Both the position numbers and the translations under genes were made by a program. Below are positions 10,403-19,808 of a stretch of DNA of 43,576 nt, piece by piece. The stretch comes from a virus. Taxonomy: Duplodnaviria > Caudoviricetes. The DNA is taken from positions 1-43,576 of IMG/VR virus record IMGVR_UViG_3300037311_000448. One strand, written 5' to 3'. Numbering within the stretch: position 1 is the stretch's first letter; each line of letters opens with the position of its first letter. Under the pieces are notes generated by a model. It did not search any database. It was not told where the DNA came from and was given only the letters and a program-made list of their open reading frames with translations.

Positions 10403-10496
10403 TGTATTTACTCCATTGAAGTTTCAACTATTGTGAATTGAAGCCCCTTTGCCTCAAGTACTCTCTTTGCCTCAATGGTGTTTACGTTTGCCTGTT

Positions 10497-10688
10497 TTAT
10501 GGCCTCTCTTTGGTGTTGTCAGTCTGTGGCTTGGCTTGAGTGTGCGGCGGCTCTGTTGCTGTTGTTGCGGCAACCGCGTACCCGTGTTTTATCAAATCTC
10601 TGCCGACGTATTCATCAACGTCAATACTTGCGCCCGCCGTCAGCGGCATGGCGTTCAGAGTAAACGCTTTTGTAGTGGTCAGTTTCAT
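10497..10688 (-). CDS. small hypothetical virion-module protein
   Basis: 63 aa with A-rich start; ...GRDLIKHGYAV pattern typical of small head/tail-module proteins. Confidence 0.7.
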   Translation of the reverse strand: MKLTTTKAFTLNAMPLTAGASIDVDEYVGRDLIKHGYAVAATTATEPPHTQAKPQTDNTKERP

Positions 10689-10696
10689 GGGTTTTT

Positions 10697-11170
10697 TTAG
10701 TAATAATGTGAATACTCAATCACGCCCTCGACAAGCAGCGTCCCGCTCATTTCGTTGTCCAAAATGGCAGGCATAAGGCCTGTGCAATACACGCTGTCAA
10801 ATTGCAGCGTTGCGCCGTTATCAAGCGTTGCGTCTTGCCATGCGTAGTTTTCTACTGCCGTTTGAATAATGTCAAACAAACGATTGCTTTCTTGCTCCAA
10901 AAGTTCTTCGTCGCTGGTGTCTTGACGCGGAATGTCAAAACCGCAGTACACGCCGAACTTCACCGTGCCGCTAAAATTGCCTACCAATGCTTGCCTTGCC
11001 TCGTCGCGTTCGTACTCGAATATTTCTTCAATCAGTTCGCTTTTTGCGTAGGGCTTTGTGTAGGTTTTATGCAGCGACAGCACAAACGTCCGTCGAACGT
11101 TTATGCCCGCGCTGGCTGTCGTTAGCAGCATATTGTGCAGTTCTGTTCGCAAGTATTCGCGCCGCGTCAT
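10697..11170 (-). CDS. putative tail terminator protein
   Basis: Start reassigned to MTRREYL (ATGA overlap with the upstream gene); acidic 157 aa; position before tail tube. Confidence 0.65.
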   Translation of the reverse strand: MTRREYLRTELHNMLLTTASAGINVRRTFVLSLHKTYTKPYAKSELIEEIFEYERDEARQALVGNFSGTVKFGVYCGFDIPRQDTSDEELLEQESNRLFDIIQTAVENYAWQDATLDNGATLQFDSVYCTGLMPAILDNEMSGTLLVEGVIEYSHYY

Positions 11171-11757
11171 TGTCCGTTGCCTTTCTCTACTTGCTCCATA
11201 AGCCCTTGCGCCAAATCTTCCAGCAACAACGGCAAGCCCTCGCGCTGGAACGCTTGTACGCCGTTGTTGAAAAAGGGACGCGCTGGAATAGTCACGCCGC
11301 CGCGCTTCCTCACCGACAACGCCATTATTTTGAAAAATGAATTGCTGGTTTTTTTGTATTGCGCCCAAAACCATTTGTCCATTTTGCCCTTGCTGGCAAT
11401 AAAGCCGCCTGTTTCGTGAATTGAAGCGTACACCAGCCGCGTCCCGTAGAGCAACGCTGCTTTGCCGTCGCTTACCTGCACGGTCGTAATGTTGTTTGCG
11501 TCGTTCGGTCCGAGCGACCGAAACAAGCGTCCACTGCGTACTCGTAGCTGCTTTTGCTTGCTCCACGTGGCTTTTTCGGCTGGAAACGCCTTTGCGCCAC
11601 TTTTGGGCTTGCCTTTGCGCCACGCATCATCCACAGGCTCATTTGTCATCTCCGCGCCTGTATAGGCTTGCAGCCCGAAGGCGGCTCGCTGGAGCGTTAA
11701 TTTCAAAAGCCCGTTAATTGCGCCTTGCGGTAACGTAAATACTTGTTGTTCAGCCAT
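11167..11757 (-). CDS. virion morphogenesis / tail completion protein (Mu gpG-like)
   Basis: RSGRLFRSL, YASIHETGG and IPARPFF motifs; start MAEQQ. Confidence 0.8.
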   Translation of the reverse strand: MAEQQVFTLPQGAINGLLKLTLQRAAFGLQAYTGAEMTNEPVDDAWRKGKPKSGAKAFPAEKATWSKQKQLRVRSGRLFRSLGPNDANNITTVQVSDGKAALLYGTRLVYASIHETGGFIASKGKMDKWFWAQYKKTSNSFFKIMALSVRKRGGVTIPARPFFNNGVQAFQREGLPLLLEDLAQGLMEQVEKGNGQ

Positions 11758-11771
11758 TTGTGAATTGCGCG

Positions 11772-12155
11772 TTACAGTGGAAAAATGCGGAACTGCCGAA
11801 GTTCGCGCCGCCAACGGTCGCCCATCGGTTGCGCGGCTTCGTAGCTTGTTGTTGCGTTCGCGCCTTGCATTGTGTCCGCAAGGCTCACAATACCTTGCCT
11901 GTCGCCGCCGCTCTTTGTTTGCTGAAAGTACCATTGCACCATTTCGAGCGCAACGTGTCGTACTTTTTGATTGCCCGCAACGGCGGCAAAATCCGCGTCC
12001 GCAGCCCGATTTAGTATCCCGCGAATTTCTTCCGCCACCGCCTCACAGAGCGAAAACACAAGTGCATCCTCGTCTGTGGGCGTGGGCAGCGTGGGCGGTT
12101 GCAGGCGTAGGTACTGTTTTGCTTCCGCAAGCGTTATGACAGCGATAAAAGCCAC
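11772..12155 (-). CDS. head-tail connector (HK97 gp6-like)
   Basis: ITLAEAKQYLRL N-terminus; position after capsid. Confidence 0.85.
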   Translation of the reverse strand: MAFIAVITLAEAKQYLRLQPPTLPTPTDEDALVFSLCEAVAEEIRGILNRAADADFAAVAGNQKVRHVALEMVQWYFQQTKSGGDRQGIVSLADTMQGANATTSYEAAQPMGDRWRRELRQFRIFPL

Positions 12156-12161
12156 CAGCCT

Positions 12162-12482
12162 TTAATCTTTTATTTTAATATCTGATTTCTTCGTGCTGCC
12201 CACGTCCACGCGCTTTGTCTCGTCGGGCGCGTCCACCACTTTTTTGCCTTCAGGCTTGGCGGTGTGCTGAATAGCCGCTTCAGTGTTGATGGGCGCGTTG
12301 GCATCTAACAAACCGAGCTTTACCGCTTTGCTGAACGGGAACAGCTTGCCGCTCCATGTCACCAAATGGTCGCATTCGGGGTCGGTCTCGCTGACAATTT
12401 TTGTTTCGTCGCGGTTGGCGTAAATGGGCGCGTTTGTGTGGGCGTGGTCAGCGGTAATCCGCGTAACTGTTGGCGTTTGCAT
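12162..12482 (-). CDS. hypothetical protein downstream of capsid
   Basis: ORF from MQTPTV fills the gap between capsid and connector. Confidence 0.7.
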   Translation of the reverse strand: MQTPTVTRITADHAHTNAPIYANRDETKIVSETDPECDHLVTWSGKLFPFSKAVKLGLLDANAPINTEAAIQHTAKPEGKKVVDAPDETKRVDVGSTKKSDIKIKD

Positions 12483-12523
12483 AGTGCTATTTGTAAAAAA
12501 ATTGCTGATTGTACCATTTGAAA

Positions 12524-13735
12524 TTAGAAACCAGTGATGCGGCAAAACGCCGTTGCACGGTAAATCTCCAGTGCAATACGTTCCGTAATTTTGACGCTGT
12601 TTTGCCCGCGAATGAACTGGTCGTTAATGTAGCCCGCTTCAACCATGATGCCCGTGCGCCGCGAGATTTGCGAGAACATACGGAAATCACCCACCAACGC
12701 CTCCGTTACTGGTATTGCTGTCGTTGTCGTTACCGGCACACCCCACAGCCGCGTACCGTCCGCGCCCGTCACAGGATTGCCAATCATGTACCGCCCGTCG
12801 GTGTCTTTTGCCCGCATGATTTCGCCCCAGCGCGTGGGGTGCATAACAATTCCGCTCACCGTTGCCACACCCGTAGCTGTGCCGCTTGCGGTTTCCACAC
12901 GCTCAATCGCCTTGTGAACGCCGTCAATGCGCGTATCGGGAGCGAGCGGATTCACGGGAATAGCCGCGTTTGTGCGGAAACCTTGAATTTCTGGCGATAC
13001 GCCTGTGCCGTTTAGCAGGTAAAAATCCTCGCGCTGTTGCAACATGAGCAACAAACGGTTGTTGATAATTGCTTGCAACTGCGGTATGTCCGCCAGCTGC
13101 TCGTCGGTCACGGGGATAAACGTTCCAATTTTTTCAACAGGAACGCTGCGCTCCACAAACGACAACCCCGATTCCGCCAGTGCGTTGCCCTCTGCAACGG
13201 CATTGGCTTGGTTGTCGTACAGCACTTCTTCCATGTACTTGATGCTGTTCTGGCTTGTGTTCACGCTGGGAATTAAACTGGCAATTGTCGGGCGTTGTTG
13301 CACCATTTCCACCAGCTTGCCCGTGCGGGTTACTTCGGGCGGGAAGCCCGTTAATGTCGTTAATAACGTTTTTAAGCTCACGCCGCCGATTTCCGCCGAA
13401 ATAGGCTGCGATGCGCCCGCACGACGGTTTTTGAACTCTGGCGTGTCGGTAAACATTTCGCCCAGTGTTTTGAATTCACCCACACCTGCGGCTTGTGCCG
13501 CGCCGTTTGTGGGCGCGTTCATGCTTTTTAGCTGGCGGTCGTTATCCAAAGCGATTTGCTGCGCCTCAACCGCCGTTTCGTATTTTTTCTGCAATTCGGT
13601 CACTTCCGCACTCTTGGCTTGCAGGTCGCTGAATTGCGCTTCGGTTGCGTCGCTTTTTTGGCAGGCTTCCGCCAGTTCGCCCATTTGTTTCCGCTTGGCA
13701 CGGAGTTCCTCGCCAAGTTTCTGAATATCACTCAT
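12524..13735 (-). CDS. major capsid protein, HK97 fold
   Basis: Coiled-coil delta domain; KIGTFIPVTDEQLAD, LLNGTG, GDF and ERIAL...AF motifs. Confidence 0.95.
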   Translation of the reverse strand: MSDIQKLGEELRAKRKQMGELAEACQKSDATEAQFSDLQAKSAEVTELQKKYETAVEAQQIALDNDRQLKSMNAPTNGAAQAAGVGEFKTLGEMFTDTPEFKNRRAGASQPISAEIGGVSLKTLLTTLTGFPPEVTRTGKLVEMVQQRPTIASLIPSVNTSQNSIKYMEEVLYDNQANAVAEGNALAESGLSFVERSVPVEKIGTFIPVTDEQLADIPQLQAIINNRLLLMLQQREDFYLLNGTGVSPEIQGFRTNAAIPVNPLAPDTRIDGVHKAIERVETASGTATGVATVSGIVMHPTRWGEIMRAKDTDGRYMIGNPVTGADGTRLWGVPVTTTTAIPVTEALVGDFRMFSQISRRTGIMVEAGYINDQFIRGQNSVKITERIALEIYRATAFCRITGF

Positions 13736-13788
13736 TGGGGTATCCTTTCGTTCGTAAAAAATGAATTGATTGCGTTTGTGTATGATTA

Positions 13789-14820
13789 TTACACGCCGTG
13801 CAACAGCGCAGTCACGCGGGCGCGTTGTTGGTTAGCGTGTGGTTGTGTTTTTGTTTCAAGCGCAGGGGCGGCCTCGCTCTTTTCGCTGTCGGGGGGGCGG
13901 GTTTCGAGCAGCAAATCGTCCATTTCTTTTGTCACTGTTTTAAGCGACGATACCCATGTTTTCATTGCTTCGCGGTTTGCTCCCGACAGCGTCCGCCCTG
14001 CTTTTATCTCAGTGGTAAACTGTGTGGCTTTTGCTTCCGCCACCGCCACGGCGTTCGGGTCTTGCAAAAACGTCTCGACCGCACGAATGCCAATGGAAGC
14101 GAACTCCATTAGCATTGCTTGGCACAGATTGATTTTTTCGTCTGTCGTCAGGTTGCCGTCTGCAAGTTTTTCCCACATTTTCCATTGCAACCGCCAGCTA
14201 AGGTCTTGCAAGCCGCTCAACAGCATATCGGCCTCCGCCATGTCGCCCAGCAGCAACGCTTTTGCTGCCAGTTCAAGTGTTTTGTTGCTGATATTGTTGA
14301 GCGGCTCAGTCTCCGGGTCGCCATGTTCCGATTTCACGTTGCCGACCGTTGCTTGGTCATTGGCTGGCACGTTCACCACGCTAACCTCGTAGAGCTTAAT
14401 TTCTTTCAGCAATTTGCCTTGCGCCGACGGCTCGCTTTTCAGCACTTTGTATCCAATGCTCATGCGGTTGCTTTTGCCCGCAGCGGCGCGTTCCTGCATA
14501 ATTGTCCGCACGCGCTGGGCGTTATCGGTGCTGTGAAACTTGACACTCACCACCAAACCTTTTTCATCTTCGTATGCGTCTTCGATGTAGCCAATCGATT
14601 CGCCGCTCCAGTCGTGGTTAAGCGCGATAAATCCGTGTTGCTTGAAATACTCCAGAGACCCCACAAACGCGCCCTTGACGACCGCTTCTTTTGCGCTGTC
14701 AAAATTGCCAAACGTGGAAGCGTACCCCGTAAATCCGCCCACGCCGTCGTCTTGCATTTTCAATTCTCTGCACTCAAACTCTTTTGTCGCAAAGTCTACT
14801 GGTTTTGTGAATCGTGTCAT
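13789..14820 (-). CDS. HK97-family prohead protease with C-terminal extension
   Basis: FTGYASTFGNFD, LNHD, MSIGY and LYEVSVVNVPAN motifs. Confidence 0.93.
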   Translation of the reverse strand: MTRFTKPVDFATKEFECRELKMQDDGVGGFTGYASTFGNFDSAKEAVVKGAFVGSLEYFKQHGFIALNHDWSGESIGYIEDAYEDEKGLVVSVKFHSTDNAQRVRTIMQERAAAGKSNRMSIGYKVLKSEPSAQGKLLKEIKLYEVSVVNVPANDQATVGNVKSEHGDPETEPLNNISNKTLELAAKALLLGDMAEADMLLSGLQDLSWRLQWKMWEKLADGNLTTDEKINLCQAMLMEFASIGIRAVETFLQDPNAVAVAEAKATQFTTEIKAGRTLSGANREAMKTWVSSLKTVTKEMDDLLLETRPPDSEKSEAAPALETKTQPHANQQRARVTALLHGV

Positions 14821-14836
14821 AATCGTTTCCTGAAAT

Positions 14837-14874
14837 AAAAAAGGGCGTACCACCCCGTTTGGAGTAGTACGCCC
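14837..14874 (-). terminator. terminator-like hairpin just upstream of the protease gene
   Basis: GGGCGTACTACTCC-aaac-GGGGTGGTACGCCC-TTTTTT on the minus strand. Confidence 0.75.
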
Positions 14875-14949
14875 GTGCTGTGATTTCGTCGTGTTTGTAC
14901 GCTATCGGTGCGTTGGCGTTCGTTTGTATGTGCCGTGCAGGCTGTACGC

Positions 14950-15171
14950 CTACACGCCCAGAATTTCGGCAATTTTCTCCAATTTTCCAACATCTTTTGT
15001 GCGCTGCAAAGCGTCGCGGACTTGGTTGCGGCGGCGTTTCATGTACGCATCAGCGGCCTCAATAAAACAAGCGCGAGCATTTTGAATGCTTGGCCGCTCT
15101 GGTGGTACAGGCATGGACGGCACATTGATAGAACCAGGCAGCCCTTTTTCTTCTGGAAAATATGGTTTCAT
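14950..15171 (-). CDS. small hypothetical protein
   Basis: 73 aa from MKPYFP; ATGA overlap with the portal stop. Confidence 0.65.
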   Translation of the reverse strand: MKPYFPEEKGLPGSINVPSMPVPPERPSIQNARACFIEAADAYMKRRRNQVRDALQRTKDVGKLEKIAEILGV

Positions 15172-17243
15172 TCTTTCACAGGAAAAATAACACAGCGACA
15201 ATTTATATCTTGCGAAGCTATACCAAAACCGCCTGGGTACCGCGCTTTGTCGCCGTTGGATGATGTGAAATAGCCGTCTTCGTCGGCACGTTGTCCGTCC
15301 ATTGCTCGGTGATGCTCGCGCACGTCGTCATCGCGTTCCGACAGCCACGTTTTTGTAAATGCGAACTTTGCAAACGTCTCGTGTTGCGCCCGTCCGTTGG
15401 CTGTTGTTGCTGTCGTACGGGCTATTCGTACTGCCTTCCAAGCGTTCGCGCCCGAATACGCCTCAAACGACGTGCTGAGCGCGTCAGCAATTTCGTCCGC
15501 GCTGGCGGTGGCGTTGTCAGCCAGAACCTTTTGTACGTCCGCTTTTACTGTGTCCAGCACTGAGGTAATGCGGCTGGCGGATTCGCTTACCACGATTTCA
15601 ATTATTTTATCAAAGTCCGACTTAACCGCGTTCCAATTTTCGCCGATTTCTTCACAAGCAACTTTCAAACTTTTTACCACAGCATCTTTTACCGCTTTGC
15701 TTGTTTGCGCTTCTAAAATTTCTCCAATCGCTTCGCTGTCCACAATCACGCCCACGTCCTTTGGAACGCTCAACTCGGCATTTACCCTCTGCCACGTTTT
15801 CAAACGCTCTTGCACGTCCTTAGCGACCCTGCCAAAGGCTTTTTTGATTGCCGCCAACAACGTTTCTTCTTGCGCCTTCAAGTGCACGTCTTGCCGTTGC
15901 CAGTATTTTGTGCGAATTATTTCATCGTCGTCGTCTTTGAACAACGGCTCTTGTTTGCCTTGCTCTAACAACCCTTTCAGCGCAGGCACGGTTTTGGCGA
16001 TAACAGGCGCGGGCGATGCTTCGAGTTGAAATTTGAACGTGTCACCTTCGCTGACCTCTGGAAAACCAAGCAGCACCCGTGTTTCGTTCAGCTTCAAGAC
16101 GCCGCCCGTGTACAACGACAGCACCCGCGTTTGTTTTTCGTTTTCTTTTTCCTGCAACGCCATCACGCGGCTCGTGTCAAACTGTACAACAAGATTCTCG
16201 CCGTCGTCGTATTCTGCCCGCACAGACTCCATAATCTGCTCGGCAATGTTGCGCCAGAGAGGAACAAGCGTGTAGTCGGTGAATACTTTCATTGCCTGCC
16301 CAAAATTGCTGTACGTTGCCGAATCTAGACCCACGCTCAGCCCAGCCACCACAGCAGGAACACCCAGCAACGCCGCCACACGGGTTTCAGGAATTTTGGT
16401 CAGTTGGTCAATCTGCAACTCGTTTAAACCCAGCGACAGCCGATGCACTGTCATCCCGCCTTCCAGAACAGCAGGTGAACCGTAATTTTTGCCGCCGAAT
16501 TTATCTTTAATTGTTTGCGTCATCCGCGCTACTTGGTCGTCTGTCAGTTCCACGCCCGAAGCCACGCTAAAAATCGTGCGTGGAGTTGCGTCGTTCGCAA
16601 GCAGCCCGTTCACGTAGGCCTGAGCAGCTTCTTCTGCGCCCACTTCTCGCGCCGCCGCCACAATGGGCGACAATGCTTTCACGGGATTAGAAAAATCTAC
16701 ACTGAGCCATTTGACGTGGACAAATTCCCGTGGGGAGAGCGTTTCCACAACGCCGCCGTTTGTGAACTGATACCCCTGTACTCGCTTGTTCGTGCTGGGC
16801 AAATAGGAAACGTTGCCGTCGTGATAAGGCATCAGCGCAACCACGCGCCCGTCACGCGCTCGGAGCTTGCGCCAGTAACAATTTCCGCCCGCGCCCACGT
16901 AAAACATCGTGTACATCATAAGCTCGGCTTGGCTCATTGGTTCGTCGTCCGCATCGCCCCACATGGAGGGGTTGTACGGCATTTGCAGCAAGTCCAAAAG
17001 CGGGTGCGTATTTAGAACTTTGCCTGTGCGCTTGTCCGTGACCATAATCGGCGGCTCGGAAAACGTGCGCGCCAGCACACCCAAACACGCCGCCACAACA
17101 CTGTTAAACTGCACTACGTGCGCCGCTTTTTCAAAGCTGTACCGCGAAAACTCTTTCGGTATCCAGCCCGATTCCAACGCAAACGGCGGCAGCCACTTTT
17201 TGCCCGTGCCAAACAACGACGCTATTTTAGTAGTCAATTTCAT
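15168..17243 (-). CDS. HK97-family portal protein fused to Mu gpF/SPP1 gp7-like minor head domain
   Basis: Portal motifs (GNCYW, VAALLGVP, TYSN, LNETRVLLG) followed by IARTT, KTWLS..DDDVREHH..MDGQ and INCRC. Confidence 0.92.
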   Translation of the reverse strand: MKLTTKIASLFGTGKKWLPPFALESGWIPKEFSRYSFEKAAHVVQFNSVVAACLGVLARTFSEPPIMVTDKRTGKVLNTHPLLDLLQMPYNPSMWGDADDEPMSQAELMMYTMFYVGAGGNCYWRKLRARDGRVVALMPYHDGNVSYLPSTNKRVQGYQFTNGGVVETLSPREFVHVKWLSVDFSNPVKALSPIVAAAREVGAEEAAQAYVNGLLANDATPRTIFSVASGVELTDDQVARMTQTIKDKFGGKNYGSPAVLEGGMTVHRLSLGLNELQIDQLTKIPETRVAALLGVPAVVAGLSVGLDSATYSNFGQAMKVFTDYTLVPLWRNIAEQIMESVRAEYDDGENLVVQFDTSRVMALQEKENEKQTRVLSLYTGGVLKLNETRVLLGFPEVSEGDTFKFQLEASPAPVIAKTVPALKGLLEQGKQEPLFKDDDDEIIRTKYWQRQDVHLKAQEETLLAAIKKAFGRVAKDVQERLKTWQRVNAELSVPKDVGVIVDSEAIGEILEAQTSKAVKDAVVKSLKVACEEIGENWNAVKSDFDKIIEIVVSESASRITSVLDTVKADVQKVLADNATASADEIADALSTSFEAYSGANAWKAVRIARTTATTANGRAQHETFAKFAFTKTWLSERDDDVREHHRAMDGQRADEDGYFTSSNGDKARYPGGFGIASQDINCRCVIFPVKE

Positions 17244-17247
17244 GGCG

Positions 17248-18693
17248 TTAATCAAACGTAAACATTCGTACTTTTTTGCCTACAAGCGGCATTGCATTTG
17301 CCGTCGCGTCCACTTGGTCATCGTGCGCGTCATTTACGCCTGTAAAGTCCTGCATCTCGTTTAAATACGTCCTGAGCCACGCAGCTTGGCGCGGCAACAG
17401 CACACGCCCTGCTTTCCATGCCTCGGCAAGCGGTTGTGCGCGAACGTATTTGTCTGTTGTGGGGTTCAAACGGTAAATCTTGAGGCCGCGTAATTCTAAC
17501 ATATCGCACACAGCTTTTTGCGGTCCGTTTGCCTCAACGCTGAACCGCACAGGATACCGCGCCTGCAATGTTTTTAACCGCTCCACCGTCGCCGTAATAT
17601 CGGTTTGCCAGCGTTCAACGTGGATAACGTAATACCGCTCTTCGTGAACCGCCATCACGACCGCCGCGCTGTAATTTGCCCGCGTTAAAGCCGTGTACGC
17701 CAAATCTACACCAACACTGTACCGCACGTTTTCTGGCACAGTTTCGTAAAACGTTGGTTCGGCAAAAACTGTGCTTTCACGCAGACGCGGCAAGCCCTGA
17801 TACAGCGAGGCAAACGTGTACGGCTTTTCTGCACGGTTTTTTTCCAATTTTTCAGCAGGGTAGCGCGTCGGCAATAATGCCTCGCCCTCTGCACGACCCA
17901 GCACGTCAGGCGCAAAAGCCTTGCCAGCAGCGTCCAAGCAATCTGCCAGCGCGGGAATGCGAATAATTTGATATTCAGGACGGTGACGCATGATGCGCCC
18001 CATTAAATCGTCGTCGTGCCAGCGCGTCATCAAAACAATGCTGCTGGCGTTGGGCGAAAACCGTGTTTCGTACACGTCCTCAAACCACCCCCAGTGTTTG
18101 TCCCGCATTGTTTTTGATTCCGCCTCTTCGCGGTTTTTTGTCGGGTCGTCAATAATTCCTAGGTCTAACCCTTGCCCTGTGAGCGGTCCGCCGATGCCCG
18201 TTGCCAGCAAGCCGCCGCCTTCGCGGGTGCGCCACTCCGACCGTTTTTTCATTTTTTCGTCGGGAACAACGCCCGCTCGCTGGCTGTAACGATGTGCTTT
18301 TAACGCTTTTGATTCGGAAAACGTCTGCGCGTAGCTTGCAAAACCTGTCGTCAAATCGGGTCGCTGTTTCAACACCCATGCTATGCCGTGTAAAATCGTT
18401 TCAGTTTTGTAGTGGCGCGGCGGAACGACGATGCCCAAGCGCACAGGCTCGACCAACACCCGCTCGAACGCCTCGACGATGGGGCGCAAGTGCAACGGCG
18501 GCTGGAAATTCGGCGTTATCGTGCTGATGAACTCCATCAAACTGAGCGGCTGTTCGGGCTGGCGGTTGCGTTCACGGCGACGCAACTCCATTTCGGCGGC
18601 GGCTCGTGTGTCAAGCGGCACGTCGTTAAAGGTCGCGTACCCAGCGATGCCCGTTTTTTCCAAACGTTCCAACCGTGCTGCTCGTGTCACCAT
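17248..18693 (-). CDS. terL: terminase large subunit
   Basis: PPRHYKT Walker A, GIIDDP Walker B, MTRWHDDDL, nuclease GVDLA and HDDQVDA. Confidence 0.95.
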   Translation of the reverse strand: MVTRAARLERLEKTGIAGYATFNDVPLDTRAAAEMELRRRERNRQPEQPLSLMEFISTITPNFQPPLHLRPIVEAFERVLVEPVRLGIVVPPRHYKTETILHGIAWVLKQRPDLTTGFASYAQTFSESKALKAHRYSQRAGVVPDEKMKKRSEWRTREGGGLLATGIGGPLTGQGLDLGIIDDPTKNREEAESKTMRDKHWGWFEDVYETRFSPNASSIVLMTRWHDDDLMGRIMRHRPEYQIIRIPALADCLDAAGKAFAPDVLGRAEGEALLPTRYPAEKLEKNRAEKPYTFASLYQGLPRLRESTVFAEPTFYETVPENVRYSVGVDLAYTALTRANYSAAVVMAVHEERYYVIHVERWQTDITATVERLKTLQARYPVRFSVEANGPQKAVCDMLELRGLKIYRLNPTTDKYVRAQPLAEAWKAGRVLLPRQAAWLRTYLNEMQDFTGVNDAHDDQVDATANAMPLVGKKVRMFTFD

Positions 18694-19271
18694 TGCGCCC
18701 TCCCCGCCAGCCGTGCAAGCTCTTCGTCGCTCAGTTCCGTCACGTCCACCATCGCCACGTTCACGTTGTGCGTCGGATGCACACCCCGCGCCACGCGCTC
18801 GGCTTCGTGCAGTTTTGGCTGCACCGACGCGCCACGAATGATGTCGTCGAGCAGCTTCTCCATCGGCATTTGCGATAGTTGATTTTCCGCTGTGCCTTTC
18901 GTGACGCGCTCCCCAAATTCCGCCTCAAGTTTTGAGATTACCGTCGAAAACGCTTGCGCTTGTCGTGCGTGGCGTTCGTTCATGTCCTCAAGAATCTTGC
19001 GCCGCGTTTCCTCTTTTTCGGTGCGTTCGATTTCTTGCAATCGGATTTTGTTCCTGCGGTGCGTTTCTTCATCGTCCCACGCTTGAGAGCGTTTTTTCCA
19101 TTGATATTTACTCGACCACCGCTCAATCAGACCCGCACTCTTCCCCAACTTTTTCCCTACTCTCACCCCACTCCGTTTTCCTTTTGGTTGGTCGCGGTAA
19201 ATTTCAAATGCTTCAAAGGCTTGCGGGCTTTCATCGTCCCACTGTTCCCAGATTTTTCGTGTCCTGCTCAT
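18687..19271 (-). CDS. terS: terminase small subunit
   Basis: Overlaps terL start; ESPQAFEAFEIYRD...IERWSSKYQWKKRSQAWD HTH; C-terminal LSDEEL. Confidence 0.8.
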   Translation of the reverse strand: MSRTRKIWEQWDDESPQAFEAFEIYRDQPKGKRSGVRVGKKLGKSAGLIERWSSKYQWKKRSQAWDDEETHRRNKIRLQEIERTEKEETRRKILEDMNERHARQAQAFSTVISKLEAEFGERVTKGTAENQLSQMPMEKLLDDIIRGASVQPKLHEAERVARGVHPTHNVNVAMVDVTELSDEELARLAGRAQW

Positions 19272-19399
19272 GCTGGTTTCTCCTTTCGCTCTTCGCGCGT
19301 CAAACGCAGGTCTTCTTTCCGGACGTTGCGCTCGTTGTGACGGCGAGCGTTGTGTGAATCTGGGGTCAGATGCGCTATGGTCGTTTTATTGTTCTGCAT
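19268..19399 (-). pseudogene. 43-aa remnant resembling the N-terminus of a ParB-like domain protein
   Basis: MQNNKTTIAHLTPDSHNARRHNERNV...KEKPA; overlaps the upstream stop and joins terS by ATGA; too short for the ORF track. Confidence 0.55.
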
Positions 19400-19793
19400 A
19401 CTCTACTTCGTTTGGTTCAGGTATAGAAAACGTCAATTCTTCGCTTGCCCATTGTCGTACGTCGGAGCAGTACCGCTCAAACTCTACTGTTGTCAGTTCG
19501 GCGGTGCTGCGTACTGTGTCGGGCAAGCGGTGGTCGTCGCTCGGCTTGCGTAAAAATTTCCACTTCAACGCCTCGTGCATTTCTTCCGTTGTGTAGCCCG
19601 TGTAATCCGCCAGCATTGCCACCACCACGCCCCAGTAATAGCGGTTTTGTGGGTCAGAACGGGGCTTGCGGCGTTTTCGCACGACAATTTCTACCGCTCC
19701 GCGCAAACCGCACAAATACTGGTCGAAACGCTTGCGGTTGTCAAAAACGAGCTTGCCGTTTGTGACAGTACCAGTGAAAACAGGCGTGGTCAT
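19386..19793 (-). CDS. NinB/Orf-like recombination protein
   Basis: RSDPQNRYYWGVV...HEALKWKFL...STAELTTVEF motifs. Confidence 0.75.
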   Translation of the reverse strand: MTTPVFTGTVTNGKLVFDNRKRFDQYLCGLRGAVEIVVRKRRKPRSDPQNRYYWGVVVAMLADYTGYTTEEMHEALKWKFLRKPSDDHRLPDTVRSTAELTTVEFERYCSDVRQWASEELTFSIPEPNEVEYAEQ

Positions 19794-19808
19794 AGCAAAG
19801 CACAAATG

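Noticed and set aside
10697-11623. Long 5' extensions in the ORF track (also 22628-23506, 38093-39304, 9282-9815)
   Set aside because: They overlap neighbouring genes or intergenic structures; downstream ATGs with stop-start overlaps or A-rich context fit better
17248-18693. Terminase Walker A reads PPRHYKT rather than PPRHGKS
   Set aside because: This position varies among terminases and the other motifs are intact
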